Source: Octopus bimaculoides (Eukaryota). From it: a DNA stretch of 64,000 nucleotides. The notes under the pieces are model-generated. The model did no database searches and was not told the DNA's origin. It saw only the letters and a list, made by a program, of their open reading frames with translations. Position numbers and translations under genes: made by a program. This document shows positions 25,921 through 39,625 of this stretch, piece after piece. Positions within the stretch are counted from its first letter, which is position 1, and each line of letters opens with the position of its first letter. The stretch spans positions 75,435,957-75,499,956 of the forward strand of contig NC_068982.1 in NCBI RefSeq assembly GCF_001194135.2, read 5' to 3'.

Positions 25921-26749
25921 TGTCATCATCATCATCATCATCATTTAAAGTCAACCTTCCATGCTGGCATGGGTGGGATAGTTTCACAAGAAGCAGCCAG
26001 GCAGAAGCTTGCACCAGACTTCTGTAACTATTTTAGCAGGATTTTTACAGCTGGATGCCCTTCCTAACACCAACCACTCAGCAGAGCGGACTTAGTGCTT
26101 TTTATGTGGTACAAACACAAGTGAGGTCAATTTTGGCAAGGTTTCTACAGATGAGAGCCCTTCCAAATGCCAACCACTTTACAGTGTGGACTGGGTACTT
26201 TTAACTGAGAAGGGAGGGTGCATTGGAAGAGATGATCATGTGTTAGATGATGAAAAATTATAGTGAGGCAGAGAGACAGAAACAGTTGTCTTACCGTAGA
26301 AGAGGTAGAAGGTTACACGGTGGGGGGGAGAGAGAGAGAGCAGGAATGACGACAGAAACAAGAGCACTGCCACAAAGGAAATGCATGGTTACCCAATCTG
26401 AGGGAAGTGCAGGAGGAGAGAAAGAGAGCGTAACAGCAGGATAGAGATGGTGGCAAAGTACTGAGCATATACAATGATATAGTGAGACAGAGCATGAGTG
26501 GAACACACAGATCAGAGGCTAGTGGAAAGCAATGATAGAGTGGCACAGGGCCAAGAGGACAGGATTGGGGAGTGGGAGGTAAACCTAGTGCATGAAGTGG
26601 AAATGTGAGGAAGAGAAGAGATGTAGTTTGATTTGTTGTGGTAGAGTGTGTGACAAATTTTCTTGTTAAGTGCAGGTGGGATACACAGCGCTTCTAGAAC
26701 CCAGTTTCGCTGACATGGGCGGGTCTTCTCAAGAACTTCATATTGCCAG

Positions 26750-27379
26750 ACAGCTCAGTCCATTGTCATTTTCTTCATGAGGTCCAGCATCCTGAGATTG
26801 GTCCTTACCACTTCATCCCATGTCTTCCTGGGTCCCCCTCTTCTGCGGGTACCATCCATTTTCAGTGATCGGCACTTCTTTATGCAGCTGTCCTTATTCA
26901 TACACATCACATGTCCAAACCAACATAGTCTTTTCTTTTGCATGATACATTTGATTCCTCTTATACTCAACTTTTCTCTCGATACATTTGCACTTTGTCA
27001 TACATGCGCACTGATGTTGCACATCCAATGGAGCATACTATCTTCATTTCTCTCCAGTCTACGCATGTCTCCTGCATTCAAAGGCCATGTCTCACTACTA
27101 TGGTGTATAGCCATTTGCACACATAGAGTCTACCTTTCACTCCAAAAGAAAGTCCTTTTGTTGCCAACAGAGATAATAGCTTTCTGAACTTCCTCCACCC
27201 AATTCTTATTCTAGAAACAATACTTTCAGAACATCCTCTACCATTGCTAGTTTGGTCACCTAAATATCAGGAACTATCTACTACCTCAAGTGAGCCTCCT
27301 GGGCATTTGAAAGAATCTAAGTCCTGTGTGCTCTTAGTGCTTATTGTTCCTGCACATCTGCCACATACAAAGACAACTT

Positions 27380-27380
<1 letters not shown>
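26750..27380 (-). mobile_element. RTE LINE 3' fragment
   Basis: VFVCGRCAGTI..SLEVVDS and QKKRLCWFGHVMCMNKDSCIKKC...GGPRKTWDEVVRTNL. Confidence 0.85.
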
Positions 27381-27433
<53 letters not shown>

Positions 27434-27436
<3 letters not shown>

Positions 27437-28572
27437 GAGTTGGACAAAATAATGGAAACACCTAGCATCATAATTTTGAAATATCTATAAAACTGTCAAA
27501 AGTTTGTTTATTTTTACGCTTTTTGATTTATTATTAGTGTTGCTTAATATGTTTTGCTAAAATTGCTGTTTCTTTTCAGATATCATCAGAAAAGGGTAAT
27601 TAAAATTTATTAAAATGACAGCTCAATTGGACTTTCAAAGAGGTCAAATTGTTGTTGCTTGTATGGCAGGCACTAGCATAACGAAAACAGCCAAAATGTT
27701 TGGTGTATCAAGAAGTACTATCTCGAAAGTAATGACAGCCTTTGAGAAAGATGAAAAAACCTCCTCATCGAAACAAAACTCCAGAAGAAAACCAAAATTT
27801 TCAGATAAGGACCGTCGGACTCTTACGCGAATTGTTAGAAAGTATCACAAAAGTACAGCTACCAAAATTACTGCAGAGTTTACTGACCACCTCAAGAACC
27901 CAGTTTCCACAAAAACTGTTTGCCAGGAGCTGTACAAAGCTGGATTTCACAAGACGGCTGCAAACAGAAAACCACTACTTTCAAAAACAAACGTTGCAAA
28001 GTGTTTAGAGTGGAGTAAAAACCTACAGAATTGGTCCCTAGAGCAGTGGAAGAAATTTTCTCGGATGAGTCAATCTTTACTTTATTTCCAACCACCAGCC
28101 GATTATACGTGTAGAGACAATCAATAGAAGCGTTTGACCCAGACTGCCTTCTTCCAACTGTTAAACATGGAAGAGTATCTGTAATGATCGGGGGGNNNNN
28201 NNNNNGGGGGGGTAAATCTTGGAAATCCGCCAGCCCAATGGTTTCCCTTCACGGGAAATTAATAGTCAAGACTATTTAAGCATTTTATCTGATCAAATTC
28301 ATCCTATGGTTGCGGAACTGTTTCTGGAGGGAAACAATCTTTCAGGATGATAATGCACCAATTCACACAGCTAAAGTTGTTACTGAATGGCACAAGGAAC
28401 ATTCCAGTAAAACTGAACATCTTATCTGGCCACCGCAGTCCACAGATTTCAATATTATTGAACATTTATGGTGCATTTTAGAAAAACAAGTAAGGAGTTG
28501 ATATCCTCCACCATCACCACTACAAGAACTGGAGACTGTTTTAGCTGAAGAATGTATAAAAATTCCTTTGGA
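27434..28572 (+). mobile_element. Decayed Tc1 (DD34E) element with left TIR, 3' end truncated
   Basis: TA|CAGGAGTTGGACAAAATAATGGAAACACC; LDFQRGQIV...FGVSRSTISKV (HTH); FSDES, FQDDNAPIHTAK, WPPQSTDFNIIEHLW; frameshifts and a 10-nt gap. Confidence 0.92.
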
Positions 28573-31510
28573 ATATATATATATATATATATATGCACAA
28601 CAGGCTTCTTTCAGTTTCTGTTTATCAAATCCACTCAAAAGGCTTTGGTCAGCCCAAGGCTATAGTAGAAAATACTTGACCAAGGTTTCACACAGTGGGA
28701 GTGATACTGGAACCATGTGGTTGGGAAGCAAGCTTCTTACCACACAGACATGCCTTCATCTCTGTATGTGTACGTATTAACTGATGCTGGTGTGTTTACG
28801 TCTTTGTAACTTACCAGTTCAGCAAAAAAGACTGATAGAATAAGTACTAGGCTTACAAAGAATAAATCCTGGGGTCATTTTGTTCGACTAAAGGCAGTGC
28901 TCCAGCATGGCCTTAGTCAAAAGACAAACAAAAGAGTAAAAGAGTATATATATATATATATACATATTGCAGTGACTTGTTGGGTACACACACATTAATT
29001 ATCACATGCAAGTATGAACATTAACAAACAGTTGCGTTTTCTTGATAATCTTCTGGTTGTGATTATTATTATTTAAAAAAACAAAATGTTTTGGAGGTGT
29101 TTTATAGTTGATTGTAAATACAAACAATAAGAAGCCCAATCAAGGTCGTTATCTTGTCACTTAATTGACTTTCTTTTATTATCTTCATTATCATCACCAT
29201 CATTACCTCAACAGCATCATCACTGCTACCATTATCTCAAAAGCATCATCATCATCATCATTATTATTATTACTACTGACACTTCCAGTGCCATCACTAT
29301 CTGCAGTATTACTACTGTCATGGTACTGTTAGTAGCAGCAAAAGCAGCAGCAGCACCACCACTATCATCAAACCATCATTACTGCCACCACCACTGTCAT
29401 GGCCATCATCACCATCATTACCCCATCACTGCCTCGACAACCACCACTGTCACTACCCTCCCTATGATCATCACCACCCATTACTGTCACCACCACCCCA
29501 TCACTTCCACCACCACCACCCTAACCAGTACAACAACTCATGAACCAGTGTCACCATGGTTTCCTTTTATTATTATTATTATTCTTTCAATTACAAGACT
29601 AATATTGTTTGAAGCCTTTGAGAACTGAAAGTGGTAGTGGTGGCTGTAGAGGTGGTGGTCGTGATGATTGTTATGGCAGGGACACTGGAAATGGGTTGAA
29701 GTGAAAATTAGAAACATCACAATGTATGAAAAATAAAGTCAATGNNNNNNNNNNNNNNNNNNNNNNNNNNNNNNNNNNNNNNNNNNNNNNNNNNNNNNNN
29801 NNNNNNNNNNNNNNNNNNNNNNNNNNNNNNNNNNNNNNNNNNNNNNNNNNNNNNNNNNNNNNNNNNNNNNNNNNNNNNNNNNNNNNNNNNNNNNNNNNNN
29901 NNNNNNNNNNNNNNNNNNNNNNNNNNNNNNNNNNNNNNNNNNNNNNNNNNNNNNNNNNNNNNNNNNNNNNNNNNNNNNNNNNNNNNNNNNNNNNNNNNNN
30001 NNNNNNNNNNNNNNNNNNNNNNNNNNNNNNNNNNNNNNNNNNNNNNNNATACACACATAATCTGAGAAATCTAAGATTTGTTTATTAGTGATAACTGGAA
30101 TAAGGGGTGACCCAAAGAATACAGAAAGACCAGTACACAGCATGTGAGAACTAACCTTTTGGATATACTAATTAATCTATTCAGTCCATGCCTTTTTTGT
30201 TTATTATTTAGTTGAAGAAAAAAAAAAAAACAGTTGTGCTTGTTATCATTATAGACCCTGCACATCATCAAGATCGATGTGTTTGATGCTCAGTTTGAAA
30301 TCGATGGTGAATGGAGTGTTAATCAATTGGATGGCTTGTTTTGGTTGTAATCTAAAATGAGTGTGTTAGCTGTTGGTGATGAAAAAAAAAATTGTGAGTA
30401 ATAATAATACCCAGATCTGTGGGAAATAACATTGTGGATTGTTGTTGTTGTTGTTGTAGTAGAGGGCCAGCTGCTGTTCAGAGCTGAACTATCTTCTGGC
30501 TTTGTGATGTAGATTTAGCCAGGTTATGAATGTAATAATGTGTGACAATATAAGTCACAGAAGAGTTGATACTATGGATATGTTGTGAAAAAAAAAAAAA
30601 AAGACCCCAAAAAACTGAATACATGACAATGAAATAAGGCTGAGACCAAACTTAGAAATGGATCCAAGATATGCTAATATAGGAAAATATAAACCGGAGT
30701 CAATACTGAAGGTAAAGTAGCAAGAAATCATAATCAAACAATACTAGACGGTGGTGATGGTAGAGTTATAAAAGGAAGAGATTGAAGAGAGGAGAGAGTG
30801 AATGAGAGAGAGAAAGAGAGAAAATAAAGAGAGGGAGAGAGAGAGAGAGAGAAAGAAGTATTAAGAAAACAAAACAATACTGTACCTACTACACGAAAAA
30901 CAAACGAACTGTTGATGAAAGCAATATAAATATAGTTAAGTAATAACCTATATTTGTCAACATCTACAAATTTAGAATTGAGAACAAAAAAAGTTTGGAT
31001 GTTGAGACTGACATGTGTGTTGTAGGTACTTTATAGCAACAATATCATGTAGTTGTTATAAAACAATCAAAGCCCAAATCAAAGTTGAATTTAGAATATT
31101 CCATGCCTTATTTAACAAAGAAATATTTCAGTCATACAACTATTAGCAAGAAGTAATTACTTCAATATCGTTAATTACAAAATCATGATAAGACTGTTAA
31201 ATATTCAATGTTTCATTAATGAAATAAATGAGAAACAGCCAAATTACTTTAACCCAAACATCACATGCAAACAATCATCAATGTCTCACCTAAAATCATC
31301 TCCCTCTCTCTCTAACATCCTGTAACTTCTCACAAACTCTCATTAAAGCCATCATGCTCTCTCCTATTTCCTCTTTCAGTGATGAAGGATCTTTTGCAAA
31401 GCAAGCTTCTTATACTTCTCACACAGCAATATGTGATGATGAAAAAACTCAACACAAACATCTTTATTCTAACATGTCATTAAATGTAATATAGGAGACA
31501 GTAAATAAGA

Positions 31511-31912
31511 CATCATCATCATCATCATCGTTTAACGTCCGCTTTCCATGCTAGCATGGGTTGGACGATTTGACTGAGGACTGGTGAAACCGGATGGCAA
31601 CACCAGCCTCCAATCTGATTTGGCAGAGTTTCTACAGCTGGATGCCCTTCCTAACACTACACTCAGAGAGTGTAGTGGGTGCTCTTATGTGTCACCCGCA
31701 CGAAGGCCAGTCAGGTGGTACTGGCAATGGCCACACTCAAAATGGTGTATTTTATGTGCCACCCGCACAAGAGCCAGTCCAGGGGCACTGNNNNNNNNNN
31801 TGGTGTATTTTATGTGCCACCCGCACAAGAGCCAGTCCAGGGGCACTGGCAACGATCTCGCTCGAAAATCCTACGAAGGCCAGTCAGGCGGTACTGGCAA
31901 TGGCCATCTCCA
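31511..31912 (-). mobile_element. (GAT)n-tailed short retroposon-like family C, young copy
   Basis: ...cccatgctagcatggaaagcggacgttaaacgatgatgat tail on the minus strand; about 128 nt differ at only 3 positions from 44151-44280. Diverged copies at about 9800-10250, 17400-17660, 20330-20600, 21380-21710, 24990-25280, 25920-26200, 37905-38240, 40370-40770, 57200-57410, 57946-58350, 61820-62060. Confidence 0.75.
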
Positions 31913-32164
31913 TAAAATAGTTGCACTCTTCAGTTACTGTTATTTCACTCATTTTAACGTCACCAATGCTTACAGTAAAGTTATGAACAAAAGTAAACTT
32001 TACTTCTCTTCTGTAATTAATTAGAGTACCTTGTGTCTAGAGGAAATTATTGCAAAATACAAGTACAAAAGCTGAAAAAGGGTCAAGTGAATATGTCACA
32101 AGAGTTGTAACTTATTTATTGGGATGTAATGCAAAAAGGCTGCTAGTCATAACTTAAAATAATA

Positions 32165-32700
32165 AGAAGAATAAATAAAATTGTTATATACAATGTTCGG
32201 GTGTACTACAACTCATCAGAAAAAGTAACCAAAACTGCATGAACAATACATAGAATATGCACAGGAAATGAACAGTGAATAAGTCTACAAAAAAAGTTGG
32301 GTGGCACCAAGTGTACTGTTGGCAAATTTCAGGAAGCATGGAAGTTTTGAAGGATGTAGTTAGTGTCTCAACAGCTAACAACTGATGCAGGTAGTTTATT
32401 CCATGCTTCAACAATTCTGAGTGTAAAAAAATGTTTCCAAAAGTCATGGGTGCTGTCCTGTTTTTTGATTTTATGAGCATGCCCATGAGTGTTAGACATA
32501 TGGAATACAAAAAAGGTGCTCAAGGTTGTTGTTGAAAATATGGTGGATAATCTTGTGGATGTCTACCAAGTCAGTTGCCAGTCATCGGAGCTTAAATGTG
32601 TTCATGCCCAGGAAAGTAAGACATGGCAGGTATTTGTCTGGTTGCATGTTTTTGAAGTTTCCAGGAGATTGATATGCCAAGCAAGATAGGGGTTCTAGAC
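32165..32700 (-). mobile_element. CR1-group LINE 3' end; a related tail in opposite orientation at about 33420-33612
   Basis: Frameshifted HDFWKHFFTLRIVEAWNKLPASVVSC.D..SFKTSMLPEI and a 3' tail ...gttgtagtacacccgaacattgtata. Confidence 0.7.
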
Positions 32701-32859
32701 AGGTGATGCAAACTCTAAGCATGGATATACCATAGTCATATACAGCTTAGCTTTAAATAGATAGCTGGAGAGAAACTGACAAAGGTCCTACTGAGTGATA
32801 GCTAGGACCAAATCATAAGGACTGGCCCTTCTCGTCAGAACAAGAAAATATTTCAGCAC

Positions 32860-33000
32860 CCCCCCGCCCCCCAACAAATGCTGACACTCTGCAAGGCTCA
32901 AATGAGACCCACAATGAAATACTGCTTCCATATCTGGGATGCTGCTGCTGCTATGCATACAGATATCCTGAACCATATCCAGAGAAGGGGTCATTCAACT
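32860..33000 (+). mobile_element. CR1/Jockey-group LINE fragment
   Basis: LTLCKAQMRPTMKYCFHIWD resembles the YKAQ.RP..EY.SH.W motif. Confidence 0.5.
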
Positions 33001-33655
33001 AAATGAAATTCAATTACTAAGACATGCTCAAACCTCTGGCCTGCAACTGTGCTATCTTCACTTTCTCTGTCTTTTCTACTGCAATAGTAATGGCTCTGTT
33101 CCTCGAAGTTGTCTGTTTTTGTACTTCCACTCTCAAGTCACTTATCTTTCCACCACTCATTACTCTTGGTGTGTCCAACACTCTCAGCCCTGCACTCACT
33201 ATCATACCCAGAAATCCCCCGACCCACTCTGTAATCTGCCTGATCATGCCTTTCCTTCAGGTGTTAACATGTAACAGTTTAAATGAAATAATAAGAGCAT
33301 CAAACTATTAATGTAGTGATAGTTGTAAAAAGAGTGTCACTGTCATATAAGCAGTGTCATTCATTTCCAGTCTTCCATGAAAAACATGCCTGGAAACAGG
33401 TGACTGTTGGTGACTGGAAGAGTATCCAGCTGTAGAAAATCTTTTAATGTTCACTTTTTTCTATTTTTGTGCTTTGTTCTGTGTACTGTGCATGTACTTG
33501 TAGCCTTCATTGCCACCTTTCTTTATTTGACTTATATATATTGCTTTTCTGTCACCTCTTATACCTTTTCTTCAACAAGTTGTAGTGTACCTGAGCACTG
33601 TATGCAATAAGCTTATCATAGCTATCATTATTATTATTATTATTATTATCATTAA

Positions 33656-33844
33656 GGTGGCAAGCTGGCAGAATCATTAGCACGCCGGGCAAAATACTTT
33701 GTGGCATTTCGTCTGACTTCCACCAGGGTCAACTTTGTCCATCCTTTCAGGGTCAATAATCTAAGTACCAGTGAAACACTGGGGTTGATATAATTGACTA
33801 GTCTCCTCCCCCAAAAGGACTTGTGCCTTTAGTAGAATGGATTA

Positions 33845-33877
<33 letters not shown>

Positions 33878-34095
33878 GGATGGTGAGTTGACAAAATCGT
33901 TAGCATGCTGGATGAAATGCTTAGCAATATCTTGCCCATTGCTATGTTTTGAGTTCAAATTCCTCCAAGGTCGACTGTGCCTTTCATCATTTCAGGGTCG
34001 ATAAAATAAGTACCAGTTGTATACTGGCGTCAGTGTAATCGACTATCCCCCTCCACCAAATTTCAGGCCTTGTGCCTATAGTAGAATGGATTATT
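33656..34095 (+). mobile_element. Two head-to-tail SINE family B variants separated by (ATT)n
   Basis: Copies at 33656-33845 and 33878-34095, both ending cttgtgcct..agtagaatggatta. Confidence 0.8.
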
Positions 34096-34845
34096 AATAT
34101 TATTTGCTGCTGCTGCCAGAGATATTTATCATAGAAATAGCAGCATTCTGACCAGTCAGCTGCTACAAAGAACCACAGAAGATGGCAGGCATGGCATTGT
34201 AAAGAATGGTGGTGGTGGGGTAGTTGAGATATTTAATTTTGAGAAATGAACTTCGCATAGTAAAGCATCAATAGATTAGGTTTTTTTGGCGGGGATGGGA
34301 ATCTGTTGCATACTACAGACAGCAGTCAATTAGCACTTGCTTTATTTAATGAAGAGATGAAAGACAAAAGATTGACTTTGACAAGTTTGGAACATACAAA
34401 AAAAAAAAGAAAAGAAAAACTAAAACAAAACATTGTGAAGTATCTGATTTAGTTTGTTACAATCAACCACACAGATACACACACTAACCTCACTTTGAAC
34501 TTGGATATTGATAAGATAAATAACGGTGGGGAATGATGTTTGGAGTGGCTGTTGGCACTTACTGTGGTAGTTCCAGCAGCAGCAGCAATAATAGAAGCAG
34601 TAGTGGTGATGGTGGCGATAGTAGTGGTTGTGGTGGTAGTAGTAGTAGTAATAGTAGGTGATAATAGGGAAAAGAGAATTCCATCAAACACTTTCCTCTA
34701 ATCAGTCAAAATCCAATTCCAACATTAAATTGTGTAATAATTTCTTTTATTGTAATCATTGTTCTTAGTATTTGTTTTACCTGATTGTATTATTTTTATT
34801 GTTAATGTGTGTGTATGTATGTATATACATATTCACACACACACA

Positions 34846-35060
34846 CGATAGGGTGCTGAAAAGTTCCTAGCTTTAAAGATATCGCAAAAGGCCTGGTTGG
34901 AGGCCTAACCTTCCATGTTCTTTTACAGGGCTTAGAAAGACTGAAGGACTGCTGCAATAATTGCGTGAATCTGAGAAGGGAATATGTTCAACAAAATCAT
35001 AGTTAACAGATCCTCCTGTATTTTCTTTTACCCAAAGGTAGGAACTTTTCAGCACCCCCT

Positions 35061-35062
<2 letters not shown>
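34846..35062. mobile_element. About 215-bp mariner-type MITE, copy 2
   Basis: TIRs acgatagggtgctgaaaagttcctagc / gtaggaacttttcagcaccccc; inverted relative to copy 1. Confidence 0.75.
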
Positions 35063-35099
<37 letters not shown>

Positions 35100-35691
35100 N
35101 NNNNNNNNNNNNNNNNNNNNNNNNNNNNNNNNNNNNNNNNNNNNNNNNNNNNNNNNNNNNNNNNNNNNNNNNNNNNNNNNNNNNNNNNNNNNNNNNNNNN
35201 NNNNNNNNNNNNNNNNNNNNNNNNNNNNNNNNNNNNNNNNNNNNNNNNNNNNNNNNNNNNNNNNNNNNNNNNNNNNNNNNNNNNNNNNNNNNNNNNNNNN
35301 NNNNNNNNNNNNNNNNNNNNNNNNNNNNNNNNNNNNNNNNNNNNNNNNNNNNNNNNNNNNNNNNNNNNNNNNNNNNNNNNNNNNNNNNNNNNNNNNNNNN
35401 NNNNNNNNNNNNNNNNNNNNNNNNNNNNNNNNNNNNNNNNNNNNNNNNNNNNNNNNNNNNNNNNNNNNNNNNNNNNNNNNNNNNNNNNNNNNNNNNNNNN
35501 NNNNNNNNNNNNNNNNNNNNNNNNNNAGTCACTTCAAAATACAGAAATACAACAACAATACAAAACACTTTAACAGAAAGGAACTGAATAACAATTAAAC
35601 ACTAGGTTCTCCTTGATTTTCTTAATTATTTTATGGAAAGGAAAAGAATTATACAAAACAAAAAATATATAGAAAAAATACTCTTCCCTTC

Positions 35692-35728
<37 letters not shown>

Positions 35729-36078
35729 GGAATATTGCTGCTATATGTGTGTTTGCAAGTGTGTGAATATGTATATGTATGTGTGTGTAAATATGAAAAG
35801 ATGCAAATGTGCCATAGGTGCATGCATGTGCATATATGAATGTGTCTGCAGATGTGTGTGTATATTTATGTGATGCAATTAGAGAGAAAGGAAGAGAAAG
35901 AGAGACACTGAGCTGTGATATGTGTGTGGGAGAGAAAAAGAGAGAGATAGATAGAGAGAATCCTTGTACATGCAAATGTGAATGTATAAGAACCTTGTGT
36001 GGGAATGGCATAGACCTGCATGCATGTGTATGTGTGTTCATTTGTGTATGCATATGTGTGCACATGTGTCTGTGTATG

Positions 36079-36110
<32 letters not shown>

Positions 36111-36699
36111 TGCATGTGTGTGTGCGTGTATTTGTGCATATGTGTGCATGTGTGTGTGTGTGTGTGTGTGTTTTTGCTTTCTTTACTTTCAAATTTAAGC
36201 CTTTGACAGCAGAAGACTTCACTCTGGATAAGATGTACATGAACAACACCAGCAACAACAAGTGACTACTACCACCACCACCACCACCACCACCACCACC
36301 ACCACCACCACCACCACAGAGTACTTATGGTGGTGGTTGGTAGTTGGTAGAAAGATTAGGTTGGTAAATTAGAAAGGAAACAAGTTTAGAGAGCTATCTT
36401 GATACTTTTATTGGGAATTAGCTGAGATGTTAAATGAAAGAAAGCATAGTAGAGTGATGCATAGCTGCTTCTACAGAGGAAAATATATATAAGTACACAC
36501 ATACACACACACAGTTTTCATTTTTGTTCATTCACCAAGAAGCAACAAATTAATAACTTTATATATACATGTAGATTATTCTTTAATAAATTTTTACTCA
36601 AGGGTTCAAAAACGTTAGTGTGAGTGTGTGTGTGTGAGAGAGAGAGAAAGAGAGAGAGTAAATAAGTAAAATCTCTAGCTACTGACTGGAGGGAGAGGC

Positions 36700-36965
36700 T
36701 ATCCTCTCAACCAATATGCTGCTGAGGGTGTAGTCGGATGATGAATTCTGTTGATGATGTTATTGCATGCTTTTCAATCCATGGTATTGGCCTTAGCCTT
36801 AGCATGCTTGAGGTCAAGGTGCTGTTTTGCCCATGTCTTCTTTGGTGCACTGTGATGGATTCTCCAGTACATGGGTTGCTGCCATCACAACAGTTGTTGC
36901 AGTGGCAGTCTCCTGTTGTTCATCTTGTAGATGTAGCCAAACCACAGTAACCTGCACTGCTGGAC
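36700..36965 (-). mobile_element. RTE-like LINE C-terminal fragment
   Basis: WFGYIYKMNNRRLPLQQL...PKKTW resembles the WFGHV.RM...RLP...RPKKTW motif. Confidence 0.55.
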
Positions 36966-37354
36966 TTGGGTTTTCAATGGTTGGGTTCAGTCTCACAGCA
37001 TGGTATTTTTATGCAAGTGTCTTCTACTATATAGCCAAAAGCCAGTCAAAGCCTTGTTAGTGGGTTTGATAGGTAGCAACATAAAAGTCTGCCATGTGGT
37101 CATGTTTGTGTCTCCTTGTCTTGACATAAAAGTCTGCCATGTGCTATTTTATAAACGGATGTCACTGTCATACAAGCAGGGTCATCCATTTCCAATCTTC
37201 CAGGGAAATATTAACTTCCTTCAAAACAGATGAAGGTTGGTGACAAAAAGGGTATCAGGCCATAGAAAATCCACCTTAATAAATTCTACCCAACTTATGC
37301 AAGCATGAAAAAGCAGACATTAAAATGATGACTGATTTTATATATATATATATA

Positions 37355-37430
<76 letters not shown>

Positions 37431-39281
37431 CACAGATGTGGCTGTGTGGTAAGAAGTTTGCTTCCCAACCACATGGTTTTGGGTTCATTCCCATTGTGTG
37501 GCACCTTCGGTAAGTATCTTCTAGGCCAACCATAGGCCAACCAAAGCTTTGTGAATGGATTTTACAGACACAAACTGAAAGAAGCCCATCATACATATAA
37601 TAATAATGGACTCTCCCGTCATTAGATGAAGTATGAGGGTTCAACAATTTCTTACCGAACAACCACACAGATGATTTGTTTAGAGTGACCAAATGTTTGT
37701 GAAGTCATAAGCTCACTCCCTCCATCAGATTGGCATTACCTGTACAGGTGCAACGGATGCTACATGTCATACATCGAAATGATCGTAGAGCAATGAGAAA
37801 TGAAGTGCTTTGCTGAAGAACACAACGCAATGCCCTGTCTGGGAATTGAACCCGCGATCTTGTAATCGTGAGTGCAACACCCTAACCACTAAGCCATGCA
37901 CCATCGTCCGAGCGTGATCACTGCCAGAGCAGCTGTCTGGATTCCGTGCCAGTGGCACGTAAAAAACACGATTTGAGCATGATCATTACCAGCGTCGCTT
38001 TACTGGGACTTGTATCGGTGGCACATGAAAATACATTCGAGCGAGGTCGTTGCCAGTGCCGCTGGACTGGCTCCTGTGCAGGTGGTATGTAAAAAAAACA
38101 TCATTTGAGCATGGCTGTTGCCAGCACCGCCTGACTGGCCCTCGTGCCGGTGGCACATAAAAGCACCCACTACACTCTTGGAGTAGTTGGCATTAGGAAG
38201 GGCACCCAGCCGTAGAAACTCTGCCAGATCAGATTGGAGCCTGGTGCAGCCTATATGTCTGTGTGTCTTTGTGTGTGTTTGTCCCCTAGCACCTATTGAC
38301 AATAGGTGTTTGTATATTTATGTCCCCATAACTTAGTGGTTCAGCAAAAGAACTGATAGAATAAGTACCAGGCTTTAAAAAAAAATAAAGTACTGGAGTC
38401 GATTCATTTGATTAAGAATTCTTCAAGGCAATGCCCCAGCATAGCTACAGTCTAATGACTGAAACAAGATAAAAGATACATGCACACAAATACACACACA
38501 CACACACACACACACAATCATCATCATCATATTATGTTCACATTATATTATGTGCTTGCATGGATCATATAAAATTCATTGAGGCAGTGTTTTTTTAGAA
38601 AATTTGCAAACACCACCACATGTATGACAGTGATGTTCATTTACAATTAGTGTAGGATATCAAGACAATGGGACACACACACACACACATATAACTGAAT
38701 TCTAAAGAAATAATTAATTACATAACTCAAACTCATAGTCAGGAATTAAGTTATTACCATGCTGGGGCTGATTTGGTTGAGTAAACCACAAGTAATGATA
38801 CTGATGGAGACTAAACACTTGATATAATATGTTATAGATTGAAATGATTGTCATGCCAAGTCTTATAGAAATAAATATAAAACTCAGTTTGTACCAAGTA
38901 TTGAATACTAAACCTGAAAGAAGTCCACTTTGATTTAAACCAACAGCAGCAAAACCTGTCAAATTCCATTTGCAAGGTATTGGTCTGCCTGAGAATATGG
39001 TGAATGACTCTTGCCCATGGTAGTGTATACTGCAATGAAACTTGGATCCAGGTGTTGTCAGTTTGAACATAGAACAAGTAGAATATCTGGGTTGGATATG
39101 GCCAGTTTAAATGCTAAAGGGTTAAATTGGTTTCTGGTGCAGTGATTAAGAAGCTTGCTTCCCAACAATGTGATCTTGAGTTCAGTCCAATCATACAGCA
39201 CCTTGGGCCTCAGGTCAACCAAAGACTTGTGAGTGGGTTTGGTAGACAGAAACTGAGTGGAAACCTGTTGAATATGTATAT

Positions 39282-39625
39282 GGATGGCTCAGTGGTTAGA
39301 GTGTTGGGCTCACAGTCATGAGGTTGTGAGTCCGATTCCCAGACTGGGCTGTGTGTTGTGTTATTCACCCAGACACTTTATTTCATGTTGCTCCAGTTTA
39401 CTCAGCTGTAGAAATGGGTTGTGGTGTCACTAGTGCCAAGCTGAATCAGTCTTTGCCTTCCCCTTCGATAACATCAGTGGCATGGAAAGGGGAAGCTGGT
39501 ATGCATGGGTGACTGCGGATCTTCCATAAACAATCTTGCCGGGACATTTGCCTCAGAGGGTAACTTTCTAGGTGCAATCCCATGGTCATTCATGACTGAA
39601 GGAGTTCTTTACCTTTTATCCTTTA
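39282..39625 (+). mobile_element. tRNA-derived SINE with CORE-like central segment; relatives at about 17165-17340(-), 19848-20060(+), 37700-37902(-)
   Basis: Head TGGCTCAGTGGTTAGAGTG...GTCCGATTCCC; gctccagtttactcagctgtagaaatggg resembles the CORE motif (cctcagtttcctcatctgtaaaatggg). The CORE assignment is by eye. Confidence 0.6.

Noticed and set aside
31742-31848. 49-bp direct repeat on both sides of a 10-N gap
   Set aside because: Typical unmerged contig overlap inside a repeat; cannot be distinguished from an artefact.
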